This document shows positions 45,331 through 57,188 of a stretch of DNA of 64,000 nucleotides, piece by piece. Source of the stretch: Sporopachydermia quercuum (taxonomy: Eukaryota); the NCBI GenBank assembly GCA_001599295.1, contig BCGN01000003.1:992001-1056000 (forward strand), read 5' to 3'. Numbering within the stretch: the first letter of the stretch is position 1; each line of letters begins with the position of its first letter. Both the position numbers and the translations under genes were made by a program. Under the pieces are notes generated by a model, which saw nothing but the letters and a program-made list of their open reading frames with translations, was not told the origin of the DNA and did not search any database.

Positions 45331-46375
45331 TTATGAATTATTTGTTTGACAAAGGTTGTTTCCTTAATTACTTTTGCTTTCCTTTCAAGTCGAAAGAGAG
45401 CTAGATGCAGGAGGAAATAATGAGTATGTGTGATGACCTTTCTATATGTGAATCGAGTATGTATGTGTAATAAAGCGATGGTGCCGTTTAGTATATCAAA
45501 CTATGCAAGAAGTACCTGTGTTTAACCGTTAAATCTCAATTTGAGCCTTTTCACTTGTTAAACGTGTTCTTATGATATTGTTTTGCTTTGATTACTCTTT
45601 TGATCCAGTTTATCAATCACCATTCAACCTTTCAGACGCCAACTCTTCCCTAGTAGCAAACGTGTTCGTGATGAAGTAACAATAAACCTGTTGGCTTTTT
45701 ATCCTAGATGTTAAAATCAATATCAATCATTAACCTATCTAGTCCAACAATGATATTTCACCGTAATCTCTAGCAACGAGGCTTCAATGATCAATGAAAA
45801 TGAAACATTGATGTAATAGTACTTTCTTTGGTTGAGAACCAGCAGAAAGATCAATAAATTTTATTGTGATGCCTGATGTTAACTGAGGAGTCTCAAGGGA
45901 GATAGTGTAAAGGGCCTAGAGATGTATGAATAAGTAGTAAGGAATCAGCGAAAGATATAAGGGGATATTGTTGTAGCAACCAGAGGGTCTTGAAAAGGAC
46001 TAGGGAGCCTTTCGAAAGTAAAGAGGGTGATGCATTCGGAAGTATGTAAATATGGCAGGGTTTGTCATTGCTAGAAACACTTTAAATATAAACCACTGTG
46101 ATCTTTGGCCAGGGTGCATACTAGGGTGTTAAAGTAAACTGATTATGTGATCAGTATAAGAGGGGGGTTAGGAAGATCCGGAGTTTTGCAATGAGATGCG
46201 ATGTTAAAATCAGGGGTCAAGTTGAAGTTTGATTAATAAAGGTAAGAGGAGGATTTGATAAGTTGAGTAGTATTATCCTTCCGATAAATATCTGGAAGAA
46301 AACGCTACCGAAGTGACAAAGTATATGGTACGGAAGCGTAGGTCCACAATTGAAGAGAATCAGAATTTCAGAATC

Positions 46376-47059
46376 ATGGCAGAACAGGCAGCTAAAGAGA
46401 GAATCATCTCTCACATGAATAAAGATCATGGTGTCTCAATTATGGATTATGTGGCGGTAGACTTGAAGATTTCTCGAAACTCAATTCAATCCGCAGCAAT
46501 GACTGATATTTTCAATGAAGGAATGAATATAACTTACACTTTATCATCAGGAGAGAAGAAAGACACAGTTCTAAAGTTTGAACCACCGATGAAGAGCTTG
46601 GGTGAAGCTAGAGAAGTATTGGTAACTAAGGCCAAGGAGAGTGCCAAAAAGCTAGGGTTCTCACCATTCACTATTAAGAAATATGTTTTCCCAAACACAA
46701 CCTTCAGTATTGCTATTCTCTCATTGGTGATCTTATTACATGTTGTTGCTATCTTCAGACAATTCCTTTTCACAAATACTACTTCGCCGTTGGTTCAAGT
46801 TGCTTCCTTAGTATTTGGAAATAACGCAGTTGAAATCCTACGAGAAGCATTCGTTTACAAGTACTCACCACAATTGTTACTTGTCATGTACTTGATACAT
46901 CTTGTGGAGTTACCTTTTATCTGGAAAGCCGTTGTGAAGTATAGAACCCCTTCACCTATCAAATTTTACTGGCTTTGCTCTTTTTTAATTGAAGGAATAG
47001 GTGCCATCACTAGATATAAGAAGCTCGTTGATGATATCGAAAATCCAAAGAAACACTGA
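46376..47059 (+). CDS. DUF2470-domain membrane protein
   Basis: KERIISHMNKDH and FEPPMKSLGEAREVLV, followed by 2-3 hydrophobic helices (IHLVE, YWLCSFLIEG). An upstream in-frame ATG at 46325 is also possible. Confidence 0.8.
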   Translation: MAEQAAKERIISHMNKDHGVSIMDYVAVDLKISRNSIQSAAMTDIFNEGMNITYTLSSGEKKDTVLKFEPPMKSLGEAREVLVTKAKESAKKLGFSPFTIKKYVFPNTTFSIAILSLVILLHVVAIFRQFLFTNTTSPLVQVASLVFGNNAVEILREAFVYKYSPQLLLVMYLIHLVELPFIWKAVVKYRTPSPIKFYWLCSFLIEGIGAITRYKKLVDDIENPKKH

Positions 47060-47314
47060 ACATGAATATAAGATACTCAAGTCTGTCGGAGCTCTTTATG
47101 GATATGCCTACATAGACATCAGATGTCTGTATGAATAGTTTTCGCTGTTATATGTTCATGCAATATCTCTTTTGAGTTATTATGCCCAACAATACAAACC
47201 ATTTTTCAACTTTTATAATGTTATCATCCTTATCACTTATTACAGTTTAATGCTTCCTGATTTTGAATAATAAACAAAAATATATTGATGAAAAGATTAA
47301 ATTTTAAAAAAGTA

Positions 47315-47327
47315 AAAAAGAAAAAAA
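47315..47327 (-). terminator. Pol III oligo-dT terminator of tRNA-Val
   Basis: A-runs on + (T7 then T-rich on -) begin 3 nt after the tRNA 3' end. Confidence 0.75.
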
Positions 47328-47330
47328 GAA

Positions 47331-47404
47331 TGATTCGACCCAGGATCGAACTGGGGACGTTCTGCGTGTTAAGCAGATGCCATGACCAACTAGACCATCG
47401 AACC
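47331..47404 (-). tRNA. tRNA-Val(AAC), intronless
   Basis: Reverse complement GGTTCGATGGTCTAGTTGGTCATGGCATCTGCTTAACACGCAGAACGTCCCCAGTTCGATCCTGGGTCGAATCA has a 7-bp acceptor stem, anticodon stem TCTGC/GCAGA around TTAACAC, and T-loop GTTCGATC. Confidence 0.97.
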
Positions 47405-48010
47405 ATCTTAAATGCTTGTGTGATCCTTACATCTTTCTGAAGATATTTTCACATTACAACTTTACACCTCTTCGCCTACTNTGGGTCAAAATTTAGCACA
47501 CAAAAAACGAAAACACGAAACTTATATTACTGTAATTATTCAATTCCCAAACCTTTTACTTACTTCTTAACAAGAACAATTAATCTAAAAATCTATTTCT
47601 ATGCCGTTTTTCTTTTGTTAGGCACTTAACTTGTCAATCATTTATAGATACATTCATGTATTCATTTGTATGTGTATAGGCATTTCAACAGATTTCCTTC
47701 CTGCCTTTCTTTGTTGGAATTGTGAATCGTGTTGTATTGACAGTACACAAGAATTATCATATATAGCTGTGGTTTGCCTCCTAGAATAGCATATAAGACA
47801 AAACGACTGAACTGAACAGCTATACGTATGTTCTTGAGGCTTAGTTGAAGAGTTAGGGAACTGATGTTCAAAGGGGATAATTGGTTATATGAATCATATG
47901 ATTGCTTGCCTTGTCTTTATTGAGCTATTGTGATCAGAAGCGAGATATTATAGGAAGCAAAGCTAACACATTGCTAGCTTATTCTAATTGCCTGTAAATA
48001 AAGATACAAC

Positions 48011-51000
48011 ATGTCAGAAAATACAAATAGACAGTTCGTGGAGCAACGGGCGGAATTTTCGGAGAAGGGACATAATCCAAGGGGAAGTTCTTTACAACAG
48101 TTGGAAGAACCGAAGACGTCTTCATCCGCCCATGCTCAAATTGAACTCCAACAAACAAATGTATCTAATGCAGAATCGGCTTCTACTTCGGAAGAACCAA
48201 GAGAAACTTCAGAATCAAGACAAGACAAAGAGGACCAGGAGAATAAGTTATCCTCACCGCAAGCCCATAATCAACACAATGGTAGTACCGTTCTTGTTTT
48301 TTCTAATAAACCAGGCAAAAAGCCCTTCAGAATCCCCACATATAAATACAATGTGAATGAAAAGCTGAAACCTGTATTAGAGTCGGTTTACTCTCTGCGG
48401 GATGAAACGGGTACTCGGCAAGCGGCTGAAGTTTTCCAAGTTTTACCGCCTCGAAATTTAGTCGACTACTTTCGGGTCATCCGACGTCCGCTATCACTAC
48501 ATTTGATCCGGACTAATCTGAACAATTACCGATATAATAATGTTCAGCAGTTTGTTCATGATATGACTCAGATCACGTGGAATGCTCGGTTNTATAACCA
48601 AAGGGGAAGTTCTATTTATTCTGATGCTGACACCTTAGATAAACATATTCATGATTACATAATTCCAACCTTGAAAGCAGACCCAGAATTTGCTGGGGAA
48701 GATATCCATTACCCTGATTTAGGACCTTTACCAGACGGTTCAGAGGATGCCGAAGGAGAAGGAGATGTTTCCCTAGCGGATGATCTCGGAGATGATGACG
48801 GAAGAAGCTCAAGAGGACGGTCAACAAGCCATGTGGACTCAACCCGAGAAATCACTGACGACGACGAAGAAATAGAATCAGATGGTGAAGATTCAGAAGC
48901 AGATACTTATCATGAAAATGAATATGAAGATTTCTCGACTCGGAAGAAGTATAAACCTTCAAAACGGCCTTTAGAGGAATCAGAATCGGCTCGACTTAAA
49001 CGGAAAAGACCTCCAATTGTCGATAGACCTTTTGAACAAAGAATCAAGAACATTCTACGAAACCTACGTAAAACAAGACGACCAGAAGACAGGGAATTGA
49101 TTTGTAAAAACTTCGAAAAACTCCCTGATCCAAAAGCATTCCCTCAATACTATGAAGTTGTTCAACAACCTATCTCAATTGATACTATTCGGAAAAGCAT
49201 AAAACGGAAAACGTATCATTCGGTGGAAGAATTTGAGCGCGATATTCATTTACTTGTTAACAATGCAAAACTGGTATCTTTACCAGAATCCCAAATCTCA
49301 CGTGATGCTGATCTACTGTTGTCCCGATTCAAATATATTCATGCTGAGGAAATGAAAAACCCAGAGTCAAACTATCTGGACCCGGAATCCAGACGCCAGG
49401 GTAAAGTTCCTTTAGACGAATTCGAAGCTCATGGTGATGTGTATCGAATTGGTGATTGGGTTCATATTTCCAATCCTAATCCTGGATCCAAACCTATCAT
49501 TGGTCAAATATTCAGAATCTGGCAAGCTGTGGATGGATCTCGATGGTTCAATGCTTGTTGGTATTATCGACCAGAGCAAACAGTGCATAAATATGATAAA
49601 GTGTTCTATGAGAATGAAGTATTTAAATCAGGTCAGTATAGAGATCACTTGATTTCAGAAGTCATTGAAAAATGCTATGTTATGTTCTTTACAAAGTATC
49701 AAAGAGGTAGACCTGAAGGATGGGAAACTAGCGATAAGGTATACTGTTGTGAGAGTAGATATAATGATGTTGAGAAGTCATTCAATAGGATTCGAACTTG
49801 GAAGGCATGCTTACCAGATGAAATGCGAAATCCTGATTATAGAATGGTAATGTTTGATAAGCTTCATCCTTTGAGAAAATTGGCGTCACCTTTGAAAAGT
49901 TACTTGCCGCAAAACGCTTCGGAACATGATCCTATTCCTGAACCTATCATGGGCGCAGAAAATGCTCCTCCTATTCGTGGAGCTGTTTATATGAGGCCAT
50001 ATGATCCTAATGATCCTCCTGACAAGCCTACACCAGATAATGTCGCACCAGAGCCAGTTAGATTTGTACGGAATTCACGTTCTAGTCATAAATCTCCTGC
50101 TCCAGGAACTCCCGCGGCGAACACTCCTGGTTCCACAGGTGCTGCTAGAGCTCCTACAGCACTAGGGACCCCAGGAACTCCAGGTGCGTCTGCGGGTCCT
50201 GGAACTCCTACAGGAAATGTGGCTTCCACTAGACTTCAAAACCTACCCAGCTTGCAGAACAATGTTCCAATACCACCTGCTTCTGGGGGAGACTTGGTGT
50301 TTGGTAGAAGCACTTTCAACGCTTATCCTCCTAATAGTAATTCACATCCCCCAGCTGCTCCTGTTCAGACATATGTTCGCGGAGGTCAAACAGTTAGTTT
50401 TACTACTCCTATAGTGCCTCCAGGTCCTGGCAACATTCCAAGCAGTATCCCTAATTCAATGCCTAACACATTTCCAGGAACATTATCTGGTACAGTTCCT
50501 GGTACAGTTCCCGGTGGAATACCTAATACCATGCCAAATGTCCCTCATATGCAGGGGTATAACTATCCTATGTACCAATACCACATGCCAGGAATTACAC
50601 CAGGATCTCATATGCAATCTCCGGTACCGGTGCCAACTTCAAGCTCATCTTCTTCAACAAGACTGTCTCANTATGGATATCCAACAAATAATGCCACCGT
50701 TGCTACGCCTTTAAACATTCATAGTAGTATCAACAGTCATCAATCAACACCTAATAGTTTTTCAAACTCTGTATCTCTAGCACCTCCTTCCAGGTACTTA
50801 TTACCTGATTTCTATGAACAGGAGATCCTTTTTGATGGTATAAAAGGTCTATTGACTGTCAATCAACCCATAAAAACTACTGAAGATAACAGTACTAGTG
50901 GAATTGGAAGCAGCGGCAGTAATACTGGCTCTATTGGCAATGACACTAGTAATGCTGGGGATGTCAGATATCCTATATTATGGATTAGCGCCCCACCGCT

Positions 51001-51415
51001 ATATATTGCTAATAGGAACTATAAACCAGATGTTTATAATCTAATAAGCACAAAGGTTGATATGGGTGAAAATAATAGGGATGCAACAGAAGAAGATGCC
51101 GAAGAAGACAAGAAAGTTAAGAATGGCAATGGATTTTCAACATTTGGCCATAGCGCCAAATATCTAGCATGGAAATATAGAAGTATTGTTAAGGATTTCG
51201 GTAAGTTCGAGAAAGATAGTAAAACCGTTGATGAAAATAAGGAGAGCGATGAGAATAGCAATGATGATGAGAACGGTAATGATGGTGCTTCTGATGAAGA
51301 AGCAGAAAGATCCATTGACCATGTGTCTAATAAACAAGGAGAAGACGATGAAGAAAAAATTACGGCGAAAGAAGAATTGAAAGAGGAAAGTATTTCGATG
51401 GAAGTTGGTGCTTAG
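48011..51415 (+). CDS. RSC2: RSC chromatin-remodelling subunit Rsc1/Rsc2 (two bromodomains plus BAH)
   Basis: BD1 (DYFRVIRRPLSL...ITWNARxYN), BD2 (YYEVVQQPISI), BAH (IGDWVHISNPN...KPIIGQIFRIW...WYYRPEQTVH...YENEVFKSGQYRDH) and C-terminal GHSAKYLAW. Confidence 0.94.
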   Translation: MSENTNRQFVEQRAEFSEKGHNPRGSSLQQLEEPKTSSSAHAQIELQQTNVSNAESASTSEEPRETSESRQDKEDQENKLSSPQAHNQHNGSTVLVFSNKPGKKPFRIPTYKYNVNEKLKPVLESVYSLRDETGTRQAAEVFQVLPPRNLVDYFRVIRRPLSLHLIRTNLNNYRYNNVQQFVHDMTQITWNARXYNQRGSSIYSDADTLDKHIHDYIIPTLKADPEFAGEDIHYPDLGPLPDGSEDAEGEGDVSLADDLGDDDGRSSRGRSTSHVDSTREITDDDEEIESDGEDSEADTYHENEYEDFSTRKKYKPSKRPLEESESARLKRKRPPIVDRPFEQRIKNILRNLRKTRRPEDRELICKNFEKLPDPKAFPQYYEVVQQPISIDTIRKSIKRKTYHSVEEFERDIHLLVNNAKLVSLPESQISRDADLLLSRFKYIHAEEMKNPESNYLDPESRRQGKVPLDEFEAHGDVYRIGDWVHISNPNPGSKPIIGQIFRIWQAVDGSRWFNACWYYRPEQTVHKYDKVFYENEVFKSGQYRDHLISEVIEKCYVMFFTKYQRGRPEGWETSDKVYCCESRYNDVEKSFNRIRTWKACLPDEMRNPDYRMVMFDKLHPLRKLASPLKSYLPQNASEHDPIPEPIMGAENAPPIRGAVYMRPYDPNDPPDKPTPDNVAPEPVRFVRNSRSSHKSPAPGTPAANTPGSTGAARAPTALGTPGTPGASAGPGTPTGNVASTRLQNLPSLQNNVPIPPASGGDLVFGRSTFNAYPPNSNSHPPAAPVQTYVRGGQTVSFTTPIVPPGPGNIPSSIPNSMPNTFPGTLSGTVPGTVPGGIPNTMPNVPHMQGYNYPMYQYHMPGITPGSHMQSPVPVPTSSSSSSTRLSXYGYPTNNATVATPLNIHSSINSHQSTPNSFSNSVSLAPPSRYLLPDFYEQEILFDGIKGLLTVNQPIKTTEDNSTSGIGSSGSNTGSIGNDTSNAGDVRYPILWISAPPLYIANRNYKPDVYNLISTKVDMGENNRDATEEDAEEDKKVKNGNGFSTFGHSAKYLAWKYRSIVKDFGKFEKDSKTVDENKESDENSNDDENGNDGASDEEAERSIDHVSNKQGEDDEEKITAKEELKEESISMEVGA

Positions 51416-51917
51416 TCATATGTACTTAGTGATTAATACTTAAACAATCATATACTTGAACGTGTATGATTGTTTATGACTGTATTTTATTAGCCTTCTG
51501 TTTAGTAGCATTCTATCCATTTTATATAAGATGTCTGTTCATTAGGACTTCGGGTTACGTCAAGTATATATGTGTATACATATATATAGAAATATGTATT
51601 ACTAGTGTTATTTTTGTTTGTTACTTGGAATTTTTGTAATAGGAGAAAAACTATTGCTGATTCATTTGTTGCCTTTAGAGAAAAGAGCATTGGACAACCT
51701 GCACCTTGGCTTAAGTTAAGCGAGAGAAGTTGATTTGTATGATGTTTTTCACGTGTTAATGGCTATGCATATTTGTTGCAGACTAGCGTAACTTTACTTC
51801 AATTCGTTATTAGTGTCTGTCGAATACTTATTGAGATTTATAATGACTTACAACTCTACGGCGACAAAACTCGGTCTATCTAGAAGTACATTCATAATCC
51901 TTTCCTATTCCTAAATT

Positions 51918-53189
51918 CTAATTACCAAAAATACCAAAAGATTGTTCAACGCCATAAGAACCTGGATCCTTCCATGGATCATCATAAGCAGTGAACAATA
52001 ATGTCTGACTACCACAGCTTGAAACAATTGAACTGACTGCAGATCTTTCGTTAGCAACACTTGGTACTGCAACACCATTAGTATTTCCTGCATGAGGCCA
52101 ACCACTCTCTGTAATTAGAACAGAATCTTGAGAGCATTGGCAAGTATTTGCTACTCTGCTGATTTGTTCAGATAGCCATTCGCCTGCTTGATCGGCAGTA
52201 ACTCCGCCATCAAAATATGCATGGGCATTGACAGCAAGGTAGTCAGACAATGAGCATAAACCGGGGTTATTGATTACTGCAATAAAAGTATCAACACTCA
52301 CAATTTTACCGCTGTAGCCATAAGATTCTAGAATAGTTCTTGCCGAACTCACAGCACTGGAAATATCATCAACTGTGGCTTCTCCATTATTTACTAACTC
52401 GTTACCAATAGAAATGGTATGGATTCTATTCCAGTTACCATCAATTGACATAACTGCGCTGTTAATTGTTTCTAATCCTGCTGCTATTTGAGTGATGTCA
52501 AAGATTCCCAAGAATAATTTCTGACTAGAGGAAATAGCAGACAACACATTCTCTACCTGAGAGCAATCAACACCGTAGATTCTGATTATTTCAAATTGAG
52601 ATAACTGGCTGATCTCTTGTTTGACTTGGTCGGCTGATTTACAGGATCCTACTGCGTAAGGGCTGTATGAGATACCTTTAGCACCGGAGTACTCACCATC
52701 TGGAAGTGATTCTGAGGATGAAGAGGTAGCAGACTCAGCAGAGGTAGATGTGCTATCGGTAGATGATTGAATGGATGATGGCTCAGTTGATTGTGGAGNT
52801 TCGGTTGAAGATGCTGCAGCGACTGATTCAGTTTCCGACTGTGTTTCGGAAGACGTTTCTGGAGCTTGTGATTGAGATTCAGATTCAGATTCAGATTCAG
52901 ATTGAACTTCTTGCTGCACATTTGCAACAGATTCTTGACCATAGTTCACAGTGCTCCAGTCTATATCATACGAAGAATAAACCGTTGCCAATGTGGTAGG
53001 AACATACTCATCGGTGCCTGCTGCTGCTGCTGCTATCTGACCAGCGGTAACTGTGACTGTGACTACAACTTGACCCCCTCCATTTTCCTCTTGTCTTTTA
53101 TTATGAGCATGATGTTTATGTTGAATTGGCTGTGCAATTGAGTGACCTACTAGCCCAAGAGCTAATAAAAAACACGCTGAGAACTTCAT
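51918..53189 (-). CDS. SCW4: Secreted cell-wall GH17 glucanase/transglycosylase (Scw4/Scw10/MP65 family)
   Basis: Signal peptide, His-rich pro-region ending in a Kex2 KR site, S/T/E-rich linker, GISYSPY, and both catalytic glutamates (SIGNELVN, ITESGWP). Confidence 0.92.
   Translation of the reverse strand: MKFSACFLLALGLVGHSIAQPIQHKHHAHNKRQEENGGGQVVVTVTVTAGQIAAAAAGTDEYVPTTLATVYSSYDIDWSTVNYGQESVANVQQEVQSESESESESQSQAPETSSETQSETESVAAASSTEXPQSTEPSSIQSSTDSTSTSAESATSSSSESLPDGEYSGAKGISYSPYAVGSCKSADQVKQEISQLSQFEIIRIYGVDCSQVENVLSAISSSQKLFLGIFDITQIAAGLETINSAVMSIDGNWNRIHTISIGNELVNNGEATVDDISSAVSSARTILESYGYSGKIVSVDTFIAVINNPGLCSLSDYLAVNAHAYFDGGVTADQAGEWLSEQISRVANTCQCSQDSVLITESGWPHAGNTNGVAVPSVANERSAVSSIVSSCGSQTLLFTAYDDPWKDPGSYGVEQSFGIFGN
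52875..52903. repeat. (AGATTC)4.8 coding microsatellite giving SESESESES in SCW4
   Basis: Read directly. The hexamer unit preserves the frame. Confidence 0.9.
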
Positions 53190-53267
53190 GGTGTCTATAT
53201 GTATGAGTTTAGGTCTAAAGGAGTGGAAATGACTCTCCGAACAGAACCAGCTGACAGACAGATATAT

Positions 53268-53289
53268 AATGAATGAATGAATGAATGAA
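53268..53289. repeat. (AATG)5.5 microsatellite upstream of SCW4
   Basis: Read directly: aatgaatgaatgaatgaatgaa. Confidence 0.9.
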
Positions 53290-55745
53290 CGATTATATTG
53301 TCAAAGGATAGAAAAAAGAAAATTAAAACCAAAACCAAAGTGAGATGGAAATTTAACGAGAAAATGGAGGATGGAAACTTGTTATTATATATTGAACGAT
53401 AGTCGACCGAAAGACTTGGTAGAAATGCAATCTCAGGGAGTGACAAGGTTACAAAGAGTAAAATGAATTTAACCTTTGATCAAAATTGCGCTAAATGAGA
53501 TTAAAACCGTTTACAATACTGAATCTCTTATTCTTTTTTGAGTAAATTCCGATTCTTTCAAATTTGACATTTTCGATAGCTAAACTGTGGGTTAAAAGAA
53601 CTTGGTAATAGAGTTAGTATGAAGAAAAGTAGATGAGATAGCAATAAACTTTGGCGTTTTACGTTAAGCTCAGCAATATGGGAATTTCTGGATCTTAGGC
53701 GAATTACTTGAAATGGAAATTTCGACTTTACGTTTGAGCTAAATAATTTTCAGTTACTTCATTCGGTGTTACATAGTTACTATTTTTGAAACTTTGCCAA
53801 GTTGAGATTTAAATTAAATATCTGACTTTAGAATTAAGGTTTAATAGACGATACAATTGCAATGCTTTATTTTTATCGAAGAGTCAATGCTTGCTACTTC
53901 TATGTGATGTGCTTTGTATGTACGATTAATAATTGTAAGAAGGATGTAACGACGGAATTGACTATTTAATATAGATTTATCGTATGGACATTAAATGTCC
54001 TTCCAGAGATATAAAATCCTTGTCCAAAATTGCAGGAAGAACCAAGGTGTCAGCTAATGAAGTACTTTTGAATTGTCTATTTCCTTTGCCAATGGTTCAT
54101 ACCGCGTTCTAAGAATCTCATGGAGAGAATAAGGTACGGTATTTTCATTCCTTGGTACTCTTCATACTTCCGGTTAGGAGTAGTAAACAAGAAGCTTAGT
54201 TGAGTTGTGATACGATATAGACTCTCATTAGACACTTGGTGAAACACATTCTAAAGTATTTATATATAAAGTAGCCGGCCAAGGATAGCCCTGTAACANC
54301 TAGCAATGGATTTTGGTATTACAGTGGTTTCACATCATTAGTTTTATGGTGTGCCTAGCTATTCCAAGCGCGATGTGATTGATTCGCGGTGTTGGATACG
54401 TTACGAGTTATAGTGCATGTTATATTAGACGTGGCTATGGCTGCTGTCAATGTAATGTTCTGCGCTTTGACGTCATTTAAAAAAGAGCATCTGAATAATA
54501 TGCAAGTGTATGGTATGAATTTTTCTCTTGGTTACGCATAATTGTTAAGTTCCTATGTAAAAGAATTTGTTTGGCATTACTTTTTGATATTTGTCTGGCA
54601 TTGTTATTGGCATGATATGGCATGCCATGGCAATGGCATGGAATGTATATTTATTCCATTAAACAAAACATGAAAATTACTATGAGTCTTACTTACATAG
54701 GTCTTCTACAGCTATCTGGTAGTTTTATCAAGGACACCATTACTACTAATTGCTGCAATTCTCAAGACCTTATCCTATTTTGACCCAATATTGTTTAAAA
54801 CGAGACATCTTTATTATATGATTTGCACTTATCTCTCTTTCATGTCTTGCTACTGCTCTCAGCTCCAAAAAGAATCGAGTGTTTTATTTATAACGATATA
54901 CCCCCATTTGTAAGTCATTGATTGCTTCTTAAGTGAATAAGGTTTAACTGGTGCCAAACAATAAGGTTCGACCTGGCTCAAAACCAGCTGAAGTAGCAAG
55001 GTGCGACGACTACCCTCATCTCCTGTTTGCTGATGAGGCTATTCCATAAAAAAAAGAATAGAAAGTCAGATAGAAATGTACATGTTTAAATGTTTTTATA
55101 TGATGCTCTTAACTATGATATATTATTACCAGCATTTTGTTTTCTGCGTGTGGTAACACCTAACAGAAAATTGCTGAGCTGATTTTTTTATTGGCTTCAG
55201 AAATAAATGAGAAAGTACGAATAAGGTTGGTTTTATTTAAACTTTTAGTCGGATTCAACAATTATCTCCTAATTAGGTAATAGTAGATTACTCAAAATAG
55301 CGGAAATATTTAGTCAAGCGAATTCTATTATTTCCGAAATTCCATTTTACTTCTGCAGGATGATTTAAGTCTAGTCATTAATTCTCTGTTTATTACTACT
55401 AGTAGCATATTAATATTACACACCATCTTCGAATGNTTTCTTCCATGACCTTATTTCTTATCCCATAAATCAGTCTTTCGTCCTCTACCACTATTGCTAC
55501 ATTTCAAATCGTTTCAAGTCGCTATTCTTTATGCTGCTTATCTTTCCGGAACTAACTTGCATTGATTGGAAAATGTCCAAAAAGGTTCAATGCATTCATA
55601 CCAAATTATTGACCCATAAAATAACTCAATTCCTTTTCCTACCAGTCAACAACTCTATAACCAATCTTTGTTTCATTGACTCTCTAGCTTCGCATAAGTC
55701 AGGCATTAGAATGACCACCAGTCAAACTCCAATTCTGTTGCAACT

Positions 55746-56808
55746 CTATCGGAACCATTTCAAAATATAATAAAAGCAAACAAATGTGAAGATTATGCAT
55801 CCATAGAATATCCATTTATCTTGTTTTGCTCTTCTTTCTACCATGCGAATGGTGTCATTGGATATGCCCAAAGTGTTAGCAACACTATATATTTTTCGTT
55901 GAGCATTTTTCATGATTTCTTTCTGTTCATTCAAATCCCCTAACACCAGCTTTCCTCTAGCAATGAATTCATCTATTTGTAAGCTTGCTGTGCTCAAGAC
56001 GTTCGATTCTTTATGTAATCCTGCTTCCAACGACAGGCCTGAGCTTGTTCTAGCCTGCGAGTTCTGCTGTATTCCATTAAGATTTGCTGATCCATTCATA
56101 TTGTATCCGTAGGGATTATCTGGAGTTGGTGCCTCAAATCCTCTTCTGCCTAGTAATTCACTTCGATTGTTGGCATTTATCTGTGATCTGTTAATACAAA
56201 TGATGATTATGATTCGGCGTCAAGAATTGAACAGTGGCTTAATCATCAGGCACGCCAGATCACCAGGAGACAATTGAGCAAAAAGCAGATATTTTCTCTG
56301 TTCTATTCCTCTGAATTCAAATATAAACACTTACAGCTTCTTCTCTCGCAGCTTTGACCTTACTCAATCGCTCTCTAGAATCAACAACTTCTTTCCGAAA
56401 CGTAATTATTCTATCCAATGCTTTATCTTTCTTCTCTCGGTCAAGCTCACTCTTTGCCAAATCATTATAATCGTCTACTGCTCTAACAAATGCAGAAATA
56501 CTAGCAGATATTTGGCCAATCAAAGCAGGAGGAGAGCTGCTTGGTGTCCTCTCTACCACCTCCAGGTCTCGTTTTAGACCTTGTGATAGCTTATTAGCAT
56601 GGTTAAACAAGGCATTCTAAACAACGTGGTAATCAGTTAGAAATCAGTCTATATGAAAAGATATAATCAAATCAAATAGAAAACAGTCTTTATAGAGCTT
56701 GCTCCAATTGAAGCCAGTGACTGCAAATGTTGTACAGATCAAATGAATTGTGCTTAATGCTTTAGACACAGAGCATCCATTGCACATAAACAGCAGATTA
56801 CATACCAT
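55746..56808 (-). CDS. BOS1: ER-Golgi Qb-SNARE Bos1, 3 exons: complement(join(55746..56180,56335..56616,56806..56808)), 239 aa
   Basis: Exon 1 is the ATG alone, followed by GTATGT. Intron 56617-56805 has TTCTAAC and TAG. Intron 56181-56334 has GTAAGT, TATTAAC and CAG. Product: MNALFNHA...PPALIGQISAS...RSELLGRR...PDNPY...TLGISNDTIRMVERRAKQDKWIF plus a C-terminal TM. Confidence 0.94.
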
Positions 56809-57188
56809 TGCTAACGGTTGTTTCTAATAGTATTGATACCAATGTTATAAATTTCCTAGTTTGATATCAAACATATAGAATAGTTACATCTTCAATATGT
56901 GAAAAAAGAAAATTATAAGTAGAGGATACAACACATAGAAATATAACTGCTATGTTGTTCAAAGTAGCCTTAGAATATTTTAAGAGGGATCATTGGGGTT
57001 AGTCACGAGATTGAGTAGTTCATCCTGCTGACCGCCGAACTGACATAACATGTAAAAAAGAGGTACTGCACATGCACGCAATTCAATGTTAAAGTTTAAA
57101 CCTTAGTTTTACCTATTACCATCAGAATAATTATCTTTATTTCATTCATTAAACAGAATCTTCATTAATATATACATAAATACCGCTA

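Noticed and set aside
48997..49014. RSC1/2 linker reads KRKRPP rather than a GRP-type AT-hook-like motif
   Set aside because: A single-residue difference that I cannot evaluate without an alignment.
54596..54645. Degenerate TGGCA/CATGG repeats in the 2.5-kb SCW4 upstream region
   Set aside because: Short, irregular simple-sequence decay with no spacer structure. Long promoters are normal for cell-wall genes.
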